Below, in pieces: positions 7,498-16,250 of a DNA stretch of 42,148 nucleotides. The translations under genes were made by a program, and so were the position numbers. The stretch is from positions 1-42,148 of the IMG/VR virus record IMGVR_UViG_3300032257_000037; one strand, 5' to 3'. Origin of the DNA: a virus. Its lineage: Duplodnaviria; Caudoviricetes. Under the pieces are notes generated by a model, which made no database searches, was not told where the DNA came from, and saw only the letters and a list, made by a program, of their open reading frames with translations. Each line of letters begins with the position of its first letter. Positions within the stretch are counted from its first letter, which is position 1.

Positions 7498-8211
7498 ATG
7501 ACAGAATTAAGACCATCAAGTGTACGTTCATTTTTTGAAACACCTAATATTTGGTATAAAACCCATATTCTAGGTGAGGATAAGTTTGAGGGTAACACAA
7601 ACACGTATTTAGGAACAGTTGTGCATAAATTTGCAGAAACTTATTACACTTTAGAGCCATTTAATCCGCATGAGATTTTAGAACTAGCTCCTGAATGTGT
7701 AGATAAGACTGAGGTATTAGCATTATATCCAGCCATGTGTAAGGAGTTGGAAGAAAAGTATCTTAACAAACACTCTAAACCAGAACTGATTGAACACTTT
7801 ATGAAAACAAGTATTACGGATGATATTATCATGCAAGGTACATGTGATGCTTATGACAATGGAGTGATGATTGATTATAAAACTGCTGGCAAGTCAACTA
7901 AAAAGATTGATGATTACACGCAACAGTTAAACATCTATGCTTATTTGCTTTCACTATCAGACAGACCAGTGCACACTTTGAGAGTTGTTAGTGTCGTTAA
8001 GGCTACTAAGACACTTAAGCCTAGAATTAATATCCTAGAGTGTAAGGCTGACATAGCTGAGGGTAAGCGTTTAATTACTCTTATGGCTAACAAAACTAAA
8101 ATGGCTTTAGATAATCCTGAGTTTTTAGAGTTGATATTTTGTGAAAACAAGTACAGCTTTTTAAGTGATGGGTTTGGAATTGAAACAACATTTAAAGAAC
8201 TTACAGATTGA
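7498..8211 (+). CDS. PD-(D/E)xK exonuclease (RecB/Cas4-like phage exonuclease)
   Basis: LRPSS, GTVVHKFAE, QGTCD...IDYKT and QQLNIYAYL motifs. Confidence 0.85.
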   Translation: MTELRPSSVRSFFETPNIWYKTHILGEDKFEGNTNTYLGTVVHKFAETYYTLEPFNPHEILELAPECVDKTEVLALYPAMCKELEEKYLNKHSKPELIEHFMKTSITDDIIMQGTCDAYDNGVMIDYKTAGKSTKKIDDYTQQLNIYAYLLSLSDRPVHTLRVVSVVKATKTLKPRINILECKADIAEGKRLITLMANKTKMALDNPEFLELIFCENKYSFLSDGFGIETTFKELTD

Positions 8212-8235
8212 TTTCTGTGGGTTTTATGCTATAAT
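8208..8235 (+). promoter_or_regulatory. Promoter of the replication operon (TTGATT-16-TATAAT, extended -10)
   Basis: TTGATT at 8208-8213; TGCTATAAT at 8227-8235. Confidence 0.7.
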
Positions 8236-8242
8236 ATTAACG

Positions 8243-8340
8243 AACTTTATGTCCAGCACCACTGGGCTTACTAACTCAACACTAGCATTTATTTGTTGGT
8301 GTTGGACATAGGGTTTAACGAGTTGTAAGCTTGGTGGTGC
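8243..8340 (+). ncRNA. Structured 5' leader with two mutually exclusive long helices
   Basis: 8243-8261 pairs with 8297-8315. Alternatively 8256-8277 pairs with 8320-8340, enclosing 8277-8287/8294-8304. Confidence 0.6.
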
Positions 8341-8387
8341 ATCCTTACACACTCCCCTAAATTAACTATACACTGAAAGAACAAGAA

Positions 8388-9062
8388 ATGGCTTGTAATG
8401 TCAATATAAAAGACAATTTCACCATAATTCCAAATGCTTTGTTAGGAATAGAATTATCAGATAGGGCTTTTAAGCTAGCTGTGTATATGTATTCTACTCC
8501 AAAAGATTGGGAATATCATAATGGTGTTATCTGTAAGCTACTAAACACATCAGAGAAAAGTTTAGCTAAAAGCTGGAAAGAGTTATTAGACCAAAACATT
8601 GTTACACGCACTAGGAGAGTGGTTAATGGTGTTCCAAATGGCGGTTATGATTATATAGTTCATGATGTATCACCCAAAAGTAGCGATTTACCTGACCGCC
8701 CAAAAGGTGTATCACCCAAAAGTAGCGAGACAATTAATAATACTAACCTTATAACAAAGACTGACTATACTATGGCAACTCAAAAAACCAACTATGATAA
8801 ATTATTAGATGATTGGAATGATATTGCTAAAACATTAGGGTTACAAACTATGCTTAAAATTACTAAGCCTAGACAAGATAAGTTAAAAGCTAGATTGAAA
8901 GATGATAGTAAATTCTTAGATAATTTAAATCAAGTTATCGAAGTAATTTCAGAAACTCCTTTTTTAACTGGCAGGAATAAAAATAATTGGAAAGTTGATT
9001 TTGATTGGTTGATAGCTAACTCAAACAACTATGTAAAAATATTAGAGGGGAAATATTCATGA
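8388..9062 (+). CDS. Replication initiator (lambda O/DnaD-like; N-terminal wHTH)
   Basis: NFTIIPNALL...LSDRAFKLAVYMYS..DW N-terminus and FLTGRNKNNWKVDFDWLI..NNYVKILEGKY C-terminus, typical of phage replisome organisers. Confidence 0.85.
   Translation: MACNVNIKDNFTIIPNALLGIELSDRAFKLAVYMYSTPKDWEYHNGVICKLLNTSEKSLAKSWKELLDQNIVTRTRRVVNGVPNGGYDYIVHDVSPKSSDLPDRPKGVSPKSSETINNTNLITKTDYTMATQKTNYDKLLDDWNDIAKTLGLQTMLKITKPRQDKLKARLKDDSKFLDNLNQVIEVISETPFLTGRNKNNWKVDFDWLIANSNNYVKILEGKYS
8666..8770 (+). other. Putative replication origin: two 21-bp iterons (tgtatcacccaaaagtagcga) plus an AT-rich tract
   Basis: Exact copies at 8666-8686 and 8708-8728 (42-bp period), a partial cccaaaag between them, and AT-rich sequence after. 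All lie inside the initiator gene, as in lambdoid phages. Confidence 0.75.
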
Positions 9063-10093
9063 GTACATTAAAAGAGAATCTAGGTGAGTTTAAAAGCCTC
9101 ATGGATATTATCAGCCAGCGATTAACAGTTGGTAATGTTATGGGTATGGATAATGACTATCTTAGAGAAACAGATAAGTTAATCAAGCAAAAGAAATCAT
9201 TACTGGCTAGTATCAATAAGCACTATGAGGAAATTAGAACTGGCAGAGTTGGTATGCACGAAACATTATCTGAGTATATGGAGCGTATGGAAAATACACT
9301 TGAAGTTGATGATGCTGGTCAAGTAATTATTACCAAGTATAAACTAGGTATATCAGTTATTGATGATGAGTTCCTAAATGGTCAAGGCGTTACAGACAAT
9401 GCTTTGATTGTTTTAGGTGCTGATAGTGGTGTTGGTAAGACTTCACTAGCATTTATGATTATCTCAAGCATGATTAAACAAGAACTTCCAACTCACTTTA
9501 TTTCATTAGAGATGGGTGATAAGCAGTTATATAACGAGATTAGTCCTAGTGAGAAAAACAAGCTCAAACATATTTTGAATAGTGAACACGCTGATTTATT
9601 GACTATTGATTTTTATTCAAGAGAGATAGCCGAGTTAGAAACAACTATTCAAATCATGGCTAGTAATGGAACTAAGGTTTTTGTTATCGATAGCTATATG
9701 AATGTATTTGTTGGTGAAGCTGAATATCAGAAGATGGAAATGTTATCTGATATGTTAGAAACACTAAAACGTGAACTAGGTGTGTTATTCATTCTTATCG
9801 CACAGATATCTAAATCAGATAGTGTTAATGAAGTGTATGAGTTTAAAGGCGGTACTCAATTAAAGTATCGTTGTGATTTAGCTTTATTTATTCAAAAGCT
9901 AGATGGTGAAGAAGAATCTACTAAGCGACATATCCATTGTGATAAGAATAGAATCTTTGAAGAAAAAGTAGGTTATGGGATTGTGACAGACTATGATAGG
10001 GTTGAGCATAAGATAGTTAAATTATCTAAGTTCAAGGATTACAATGGTCTAGGTCATGATAAGAAACCACTTAGAAAACTAAGTTTTGGATAA
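9059..10093 (+). CDS. DnaB-like (SF4/RecA-fold) replicative helicase
   Basis: Walker A GADSGVGKT, FISLEM, VIDSY, LIAQISK, KGGTQL and DKNR motifs. Confidence 0.85.
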   Translation: MSTLKENLGEFKSLMDIISQRLTVGNVMGMDNDYLRETDKLIKQKKSLLASINKHYEEIRTGRVGMHETLSEYMERMENTLEVDDAGQVIITKYKLGISVIDDEFLNGQGVTDNALIVLGADSGVGKTSLAFMIISSMIKQELPTHFISLEMGDKQLYNEISPSEKNKLKHILNSEHADLLTIDFYSREIAELETTIQIMASNGTKVFVIDSYMNVFVGEAEYQKMEMLSDMLETLKRELGVLFILIAQISKSDSVNEVYEFKGGTQLKYRCDLALFIQKLDGEEESTKRHIHCDKNRIFEEKVGYGIVTDYDRVEHKIVKLSKFKDYNGLGHDKKPLRKLSFG

Positions 10094-10953
10094 TGTATTT
10101 CACAGTAGCAGACCACAATAAGGCTAAGAACCCTAGCGACTTTATCCATTACAAGGATTTAGAATTTAGTGATATTCCTGAAATGGTAATGGCTGGTTAT
10201 GCTTATAGTGCTTGTAAATTTGTAGACAATTATAGGCTAGATGATAACTATGATGGGCATGAAGATGTTTTAATATTAGATATTGATGATGGTGCGACAG
10301 TTCAAAATGCTAAAGATATATTCAATAAATATGAGTATTTCATCATTACAACTAAGTCACATCAAAAAGAGAAAAATGGTATTGTATGCGATAGATACAG
10401 AATCTTTCTAAAGTTGGAAACAACAATACATGATGCTAATTTAAGAGAAGTATTTGTAAATAATATTATGAGTACCTACCCTTTTGTTGATACATCATGC
10501 AGAAACAGAAGTAGATTTTATTTCTCATCACCAGACAATGCAGAAGTAATATATAACAATGGGATACCGATTAAAGTATCATGTTTTAAGATGCCTAGCA
10601 TGAACGTAGAGGACAAAACAGACGTTAACCTACCCTCTGGTATTAGTGATGATATTTTTTGCTTTAACGAGCTTACAGAGAGATGGGAAAATAAGAATGG
10701 TTTTCAACTAGAACAATCTAGTGGGGAGAATGGTGTTGAGTCAAAATTAAAAGGTGCGGAAACTGTACTTGATAATGAGTTTCATGCTGGCAACAGAAAT
10801 CATACTATTTTTAAGGTAGCTTGTATGTTATTAAAAGATGGTCTTAATCAAGATGATGTTGCAAATTATTTAATAAAGGAGAATGATAAGCGAGATGGTA
10901 TTAAGATGAATGAGTTGATGGCTTGTATAAAATCGGCTATTAGAACAATATAA
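10093..10953 (+). CDS. AEP-type primase/polymerase with PriCT-like C-terminal domain
   Basis: LILDIDDG, TTKSH, RYRIFL, D.SC...SRFYF and C-terminal GNRNHTIFKVAC. Confidence 0.75.
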   Translation: MYFTVADHNKAKNPSDFIHYKDLEFSDIPEMVMAGYAYSACKFVDNYRLDDNYDGHEDVLILDIDDGATVQNAKDIFNKYEYFIITTKSHQKEKNGIVCDRYRIFLKLETTIHDANLREVFVNNIMSTYPFVDTSCRNRSRFYFSSPDNAEVIYNNGIPIKVSCFKMPSMNVEDKTDVNLPSGISDDIFCFNELTERWENKNGFQLEQSSGENGVESKLKGAETVLDNEFHAGNRNHTIFKVACMLLKDGLNQDDVANYLIKENDKRDGIKMNELMACIKSAIRTI

Positions 10954-10965
10954 AAGGAGAAAAAA

Positions 10966-11406
10966 GTGAATTTAAGTATACAAAGTGGAGAACTAATCAC
11001 AGCATTAGCACAAGCACAATCGGAGTTTCCAGTTCTTAATCAAGATAAAGCTGGTTATAACTATAGTTATTTAACATTAGCAAATATTTTAAATGAGTTG
11101 CGACCAATTCTAGGTAAAAATGGGGTAGTGTTTACACAAGGCTCAAAACTAGATGTTAGAGATGGTATGCCGTTTGTTGTTGTAGATAGTTTACTTATGC
11201 ACAAAGCTGAGTGGATGTCTACTGAAATAGCTTACCCCTTAGGAGATATACCAAAAGGTATGACTGAAATCCAGTGGGTAGGAAGTATTATTTCATATTT
11301 AAGGAGATACGGAGCGTTAGGTATTTTAGGAATTGCTGGTGCTGAAAAAGAGATTGAGGATATTCAATCTGACATTAAAGCCGAAAATATTAAATTAAAA
11401 GGATAA
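10966..11406 (+). CDS. ERF family single-strand annealing protein
   Basis: ALAQAQSEF...GYNYSYLTL...Q.VGSIISYLRRY...GILGIA signature. Confidence 0.85.
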   Translation: MNLSIQSGELITALAQAQSEFPVLNQDKAGYNYSYLTLANILNELRPILGKNGVVFTQGSKLDVRDGMPFVVVDSLLMHKAEWMSTEIAYPLGDIPKGMTEIQWVGSIISYLRRYGALGILGIAGAEKEIEDIQSDIKAENIKLKG

Positions 11407-11409
11407 CAA

Positions 11410-11583
11410 ATGGAACACTATCAAGAATTAATGCTAAAAGTAACATATTTAACAGATGAAGATGCGGCTGGTAAAACAACTAAGGCTTCAAATGCACGTA
11501 AGCGTAAGTATATCAATGAGATTCAAAAGTTGGCTGTAGAAGCTAAGAGAGATTTAATTAAACAAGATAAAGGTGGTAAATAA
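11410..11583 (+). CDS. Small basic protein resembling the Hc1/histone-H1-like family (57 aa)
   Basis: Translated manually: ...GKTTKASNARKRKYINEIQKLAVEAKRDL; AAGGA RBS. Confidence 0.6.
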   Translation: MEHYQELMLKVTYLTDEDAAGKTTKASNARKRKYINEIQKLAVEAKRDLIKQDKGGK

Positions 11584-11585
11584 TT

Positions 11586-12284
11586 ATGGCATGGATTAAA
11601 CAAGAAGCAAATGTAGAAGTAGCGGCAGAACTGGATTACGAGAATGATGGTATTCAAAAAACAAACGCTTACAAGGCTGAGATTACAGAATGTAGACTAG
11701 CTGAATCTCAAGATGAAAAGTCAAAATCAATGAGTTTAGTTGTTGGTATTAAAACAGAAGACGGTGAAACTGCTAAAACTTATTTCACTATCATGGGTAG
11801 AGATGGTAACACTTACTTTGAATCAACGTATAAAGGAAAGACAGTTAAGAAGCAACACTTTGGTCTTTCTATTGCTAACACGTTGTTTGAGATTGCTTTA
11901 GGTAAAGAGATTTTTGATTGTGAACCAGAAGATGTTGAGTTTGAGCGTTGGGATAAAGAAGAAAAAGAGATGGTTAAGGATAATGGTCAAGGCTTTCCAG
12001 AGATGATTGGTAAAGTTGTTGGTGTTTGTGTACAGATGCACAGAGAAATTTCTGGTACTGATAGTAAAGAGTTTAGTAAAATTGAACACTTTTTTGATGA
12101 TGCTACTGGATTATTTTCTGGGGAAGAAGCTGGAACTACTAAAACTAAACTTGACAAATGGTTAGGCTCAATGAAAGAGTTTAAAGTTACTGAGAAAGAA
12201 GCTCAAAATAAATCATCTTTTGGTGGTGCTAAAAAAGAAGCTACTGATGGTGAAGAGCCAGTTAAAAGTAGATGGGGTAAATAG
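11586..12284 (+). CDS. Single-stranded DNA-binding protein (N4-like/DUF669-like)
   Basis: Acidic OB-type pattern with a flexible C-terminal tail, located after ERF. Confidence 0.6.
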   Translation: MAWIKQEANVEVAAELDYENDGIQKTNAYKAEITECRLAESQDEKSKSMSLVVGIKTEDGETAKTYFTIMGRDGNTYFESTYKGKTVKKQHFGLSIANTLFEIALGKEIFDCEPEDVEFERWDKEEKEMVKDNGQGFPEMIGKVVGVCVQMHREISGTDSKEFSKIEHFFDDATGLFSGEEAGTTKTKLDKWLGSMKEFKVTEKEAQNKSSFGGAKKEATDGEEPVKSRWGK

Positions 12285-12529
12285 TGCTTGAAGATAATAT
12301 TGCTACCTATGGTGTAGGTAGTAATAATAATAGTGAGGATTTTAAATATCACATATTTGTTATAAGCAAGAGTGGTATTAAGCTTTTCTATACAGCAGAC
12401 AGCACATGGAGTCAAGACATAAATAAGAGAGTTGAAACAAGTGATTTTATTTTTGTATATGAAGAACTAGGTACTTTATTAAATACCCCAGAAGTGCGAG
12501 ATTTAATAGATACAAGCTTTTTATTTTAA
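12284..12529 (+). CDS. Hypothetical protein
   Basis: 81 aa with a GTG start overlapping the upstream stop. Confidence 0.6.
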   Translation: MLEDNIATYGVGSNNNSEDFKYHIFVISKSGIKLFYTADSTWSQDINKRVETSDFIFVYEELGTLLNTPEVRDLIDTSFLF

Positions 12530-12538
12530 GGAGAGGTA

Positions 12539-14164
12539 ATGAAAAAACTAAGTGAGTATGTAGAGCATTTTGACAAGCTAGATAAAGTTGATTTAGCTAA
12601 CACAAAAAATGTTCTAACCCCAGACCAATCTTTTATATTTAAAGATGTTTTGGAAAAATATAATACAAAAGAGAGGTATGCAGTTTTAGATGCTAGAAGT
12701 GGTAGCGGTAAAACAACACTAATTAGAGCATTGATTAAATATGCACAAACAAAAGATATTAAGATTGCAGTAACAGCCAGCACTGGTAAAGCTTCCTCAG
12801 CATTGGGCGGTAAAACAATTCATTCCTATCTAGGCTTGAAGATGATACAAAATGATGATGCGGAAACTAAAGATGATGCACTTAGAATTTCGTCTAATAC
12901 TGAGGAAGTTGAAGAATGTGACATTTTAATTATTGATGAAGCAAGTATGATAGGTCAAAAGGTATTTTCATCTATTGACAATGAACGATTTAACTTTGTT
13001 CTTTTTGTTATGGATAGTTCACAGCTACCACCAGTTAAAGAGAAAAAAGTAGATTGGAAAATGATTACAGATTTACAATATACACTCCATAAAACATTAA
13101 GAGCTAAAGACCCTAAATTAACAAAACTATTTGAGGATTTTAGAGATTATAAAAATGGTGTTATTGAAGATTTAAACCTTATGGATTATGTTAATGGTGA
13201 AAATATTGTAACTATTGACTATGAAGATATGGATAAGATACCAGCGAATAGTGATTGTTGTTCGGTAGCATACAGAAATAAGCTGGTTGAGTTCTTAGTT
13301 GGCAACATCACAGAAGATAATCACATCATGTATAATCTTAATTCTGGTGTAAGTGTTACTAGAATGGTTGCTCAAAGTGATATTCATGATGGTAATGGAT
13401 ACTTCAAAAGAGAGTTTGTTGAGCAACAGTTATTCTATAATGGTGAAGATGTGAAAATCGAAAAACTACATAAGGAAACTCAACTTATTGTTCAGAATGG
13501 GTATTGTTATCATAATGGGTACAAGCTAACTATGAATAAAAAGAAAACTGGCATCATGATTAGTGCTAACCAGAGTGAAACTATCCCTTATGGAGCTAAA
13601 GAACCTCATGCAGACAAACACTACTTGACATTTCCACCAGATAAGATTGTTGAGAAGTGTACTCTAGCTTGTATAGATGATAAGAATTATATCTTACTAT
13701 GGGATGGTAGCGAGGATGAATACAATGAGGTATTAGATGAGTTTTTTATGGCATTAAGACCTCATTTAAAAGTTGTTCAAACAATCAAGAAATACAGAAA
13801 AGATGTTACTGAGGATATTAGTAATCTTCCTTATGATATTAAAGATAAATTGAAGAATTCTACACGAACTGAGTTTGATGAATGGTTTTCCGAAACAGAC
13901 GAAACATTTAGAAGAAAAGCAAGATGGAGAGATTTTCTATCAGCTAAATCAGTAGCTAGTGCTAGATATACAACATCAAGAACTATTCATAAAAGTCAAG
14001 GCATCTCAATCCCAGCAGTTATTGTTACAGACCACTCATTTTATGGTGCAAGCAAGGATGCTCAATATGTAGCAATAACACGTATGAAGCATGGATTGAT
14101 TTTAGTAATTAACACACCTGATACATGGAAAGGTAAAGATGATGAAGATGAGGTATTTGTATGA
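12539..14164 (+). CDS. SF1B helicase (Dda/RecD-like)
   Basis: ARSGSGKTT, TASTGKAS, KTIHSYLGL, IIDEASM, QLPPV, TIHKSQG and YVAITR motifs. Confidence 0.9.
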   Translation: MKKLSEYVEHFDKLDKVDLANTKNVLTPDQSFIFKDVLEKYNTKERYAVLDARSGSGKTTLIRALIKYAQTKDIKIAVTASTGKASSALGGKTIHSYLGLKMIQNDDAETKDDALRISSNTEEVEECDILIIDEASMIGQKVFSSIDNERFNFVLFVMDSSQLPPVKEKKVDWKMITDLQYTLHKTLRAKDPKLTKLFEDFRDYKNGVIEDLNLMDYVNGENIVTIDYEDMDKIPANSDCCSVAYRNKLVEFLVGNITEDNHIMYNLNSGVSVTRMVAQSDIHDGNGYFKREFVEQQLFYNGEDVKIEKLHKETQLIVQNGYCYHNGYKLTMNKKKTGIMISANQSETIPYGAKEPHADKHYLTFPPDKIVEKCTLACIDDKNYILLWDGSEDEYNEVLDEFFMALRPHLKVVQTIKKYRKDVTEDISNLPYDIKDKLKNSTRTEFDEWFSETDETFRRKARWRDFLSAKSVASARYTTSRTIHKSQGISIPAVIVTDHSFYGASKDAQYVAITRMKHGLILVINTPDTWKGKDDEDEVFV

Positions 14165-14568
14165 AAACATGGATAGCTAATGGTGAACCAGTTTACACAA
14201 GAGATGATATGCCAGATTATGCTATTGGTTTTATCTATGAGATAACTTATACTAATGGTAAAAAATACATAGGTAAAAAGGACTTATTTAGCTATAAGAC
14301 TTTACCTCCATTAGTAGGTCAAAAAAGAAAAAGAAAAGTTAAGATTGAATCAAAATGGAAAACATACTCTGGCTCAACAAAACTTTCAAAAGGTCTGGTT
14401 ATTCAAAGTAGAGAGATAATCTTTTATGCAGAAACAAAAAGAGCATTGACATACTTAGAAGTTAGAGAATTGTTTAGGAGAGATGTTATCTTCAATGGTA
14501 AGTATCTCAATGAAAACATAGGCGGTAAATATTTTAATAACGTCTTTGATAAATTAAAGGAAAAGTAA
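14161..14568 (+). CDS. GIY-YIG endonuclease (T4 EndoII/Seg-like)
   Basis: GFIYEITY.NGKKYIGKK...ESKWKTYSGS...YLNENI. Confidence 0.85.
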   Translation: MKTWIANGEPVYTRDDMPDYAIGFIYEITYTNGKKYIGKKDLFSYKTLPPLVGQKRKRKVKIESKWKTYSGSTKLSKGLVIQSREIIFYAETKRALTYLEVRELFRRDVIFNGKYLNENIGGKYFNNVFDKLKEK

Positions 14569-14759
14569 TGAATGATGGATATTTTGGATTTATAACAAAT
14601 GAAGATGATATTTTAACATACGACACACTAGAAAAAGCTAGAGATATGAAAGCAGATTATAATAACAATAATCATGTATATTGTAGTACGATTATGTACA
14701 GACCAGAACTAGAGGAACTTCTAGTAATATTAAAGGCGAACAATGGCAAGAGAAACTAA
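14568..14759 (+). CDS. Hypothetical protein
   Basis: 63 aa with TAATG coupling. Confidence 0.6.
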   Translation: MNDGYFGFITNEDDILTYDTLEKARDMKADYNNNNHVYCSTIMYRPELEELLVILKANNGKRN

Positions 14760-14883
14760 GAGATTTTGGATTGAGATTGATGTTGAGTTAGATAAGAAGT
14801 TAAGTGAGATAGCTAAGGCTGAAGGTAGAAGTAAGAACGCTCAAGTATCTCAGATTATCAAAGAAAGTTTAAAGGATAAATAA
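14743..14883 (+). CDS. Ribbon-helix-helix (Arc/CopG-like) DNA-binding protein, 46 aa
   Basis: Translated manually: MARETKRFWIEIDVELDKKLSEIAKAEGRSKNAQVSQIIKESL; the A..EGRS.N pattern is Arc-like. Confidence 0.8.
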   Translation: MARETKRFWIEIDVELDKKLSEIAKAEGRSKNAQVSQIIKESLKDK

Positions 14884-15089
14884 TGATGAAGAAAAAAGAA
14901 TGTACAGACGATAAATGGGATGAAGCAGAAGAAGAAATCATCTCAGAAAAACTATTAGAGGGTGAGGTTGGTTATGAGCCTACAGATGAGGAGATATGGG
15001 AGCGACTACATAAGTGGAATAATGATGCTTATGATGATTATGCTGACCAATGTATGGAGCTTGAAAGAGAGGAGAGAGATAATGGATAA
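14883..15089 (+). CDS. Small highly acidic protein
   Basis: 68 aa, very rich in D/E; AAGGA RBS. Confidence 0.65.
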   Translation: MMKKKECTDDKWDEAEEEIISEKLLEGEVGYEPTDEEIWERLHKWNNDAYDDYADQCMELEREERDNG

Positions 15090-15303
15090 AACAGATGAAC
15101 TAAAACCACTACACTATAAAAAAGGTGAGGATACATTTGCTTGGGCTGAAAAGCGTTTTAATGATGAACAGCTACAAGCTATTGCAGAATTTAATATCCA
15201 TAAGTACCTATCAAGAAATAAAGATCAAGACGTAAGCGACTTTGGAAAGATAGCTGTATATGCTTTATGGATTAAGGGTATTTTAGAAAAGGAGCAACTA
15301 TGA
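15082..15303 (+). CDS. DUF3310-like (T7 gp1.7/SaV-related) protein
   Basis: PLHYKKG...NIHKYLSR.K....D..KI..Y pattern; GGAG RBS before ATG 15082. Confidence 0.65.
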   Translation: MDKTDELKPLHYKKGEDTFAWAEKRFNDEQLQAIAEFNIHKYLSRNKDQDVSDFGKIAVYALWIKGILEKEQL

Positions 15304-16241
15304 AAGAAAGAGCTAAACGATTAGATAATGGTGAGTTAATACATGGTCATGTTTTCGAGATGCTAGACTCAACATATATGTATCCTATTCAGGGTGGTTG
15401 GGATTACTTTGAAATCGACCCTGAAACAATACAGTACGAAATCAATGGTAACTATTATACAGAAGAAGAACTTGAAGCACTTGTTAAACCTAAGAGCTGT
15501 GAGAGTTGTAAATTTGGTACTAAATCTACTTTGTCGAAACAGATAAGACACTGCATATATTTGGATGAAAAGTTCCAATTAGATTTTTACTGTAAGCATT
15601 ATGAAGTAAAGGAAACAACAATGAATAATCAAGTAGGTATCCAACTACACCCACTACAAGTAGAAGCTATCCGAGATAACAAGGCTAAGGCTTTTATTAG
15701 TTTGGTGGATATGAATAGCTATGTACGACCCAAAATAACGACAGGGGAGTATGACAGATATGTATGTGAACACTGTGGACACATTGCAAACCCTTTTAAA
15801 GATGAACTAATATGCGTAGGTTGTTTTAATGAGTTAATATTAGAACTATCACCACTACAAGCAGGTGATAGATGGTTTCATCAAGAGAAGTTTATAGAGG
15901 GCTACGAAGATATTGATAATATTGAAGAAGAATGTACTAAGGTGTGGTACAAAATAGATGATGAAATACAAGAATGGTACTACAATGAAGATGATTGTGT
16001 TGAAGTGCCTTGGCTCGATGCCTCAGAAATGACCTACGAACAATCACGACTAAAAGGCACTACTGAAAGTGTAGAGGTTAAGAAAGTGCAAGAGTTAGTT
16101 TATGCTGAATTAAAAAAGATTTTAGGTGATGTGATGCTTAAAAATAGTTTTAATATTGAAGATTGGTTAGACTCAATCTATGGAGAGGGTACATTCGTTG
16201 ACAACCCATATGTTTTACTGTATACTACATCATCTAACTAA
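15300..16241 (+). CDS. Composite protein: YopX-like/Cys-rich N-part fused to an ASCH-like C-part (internal start at 15621)
   Basis: AKRLDNGELIHG and KSCESCKF in the N-part; internal AAGGA+ATG; C-terminal EVKKVQEL...NPYVLLY resembling ASCH-type phage proteins. Confidence 0.55.
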   Translation: MKERAKRLDNGELIHGHVFEMLDSTYMYPIQGGWDYFEIDPETIQYEINGNYYTEEELEALVKPKSCESCKFGTKSTLSKQIRHCIYLDEKFQLDFYCKHYEVKETTMNNQVGIQLHPLQVEAIRDNKAKAFISLVDMNSYVRPKITTGEYDRYVCEHCGHIANPFKDELICVGCFNELILELSPLQAGDRWFHQEKFIEGYEDIDNIEEECTKVWYKIDDEIQEWYYNEDDCVEVPWLDASEMTYEQSRLKGTTESVEVKKVQELVYAELKKILGDVMLKNSFNIEDWLDSIYGEGTFVDNPYVLLYTTSSN

Positions 16242-16250
16242 GGAGATACC

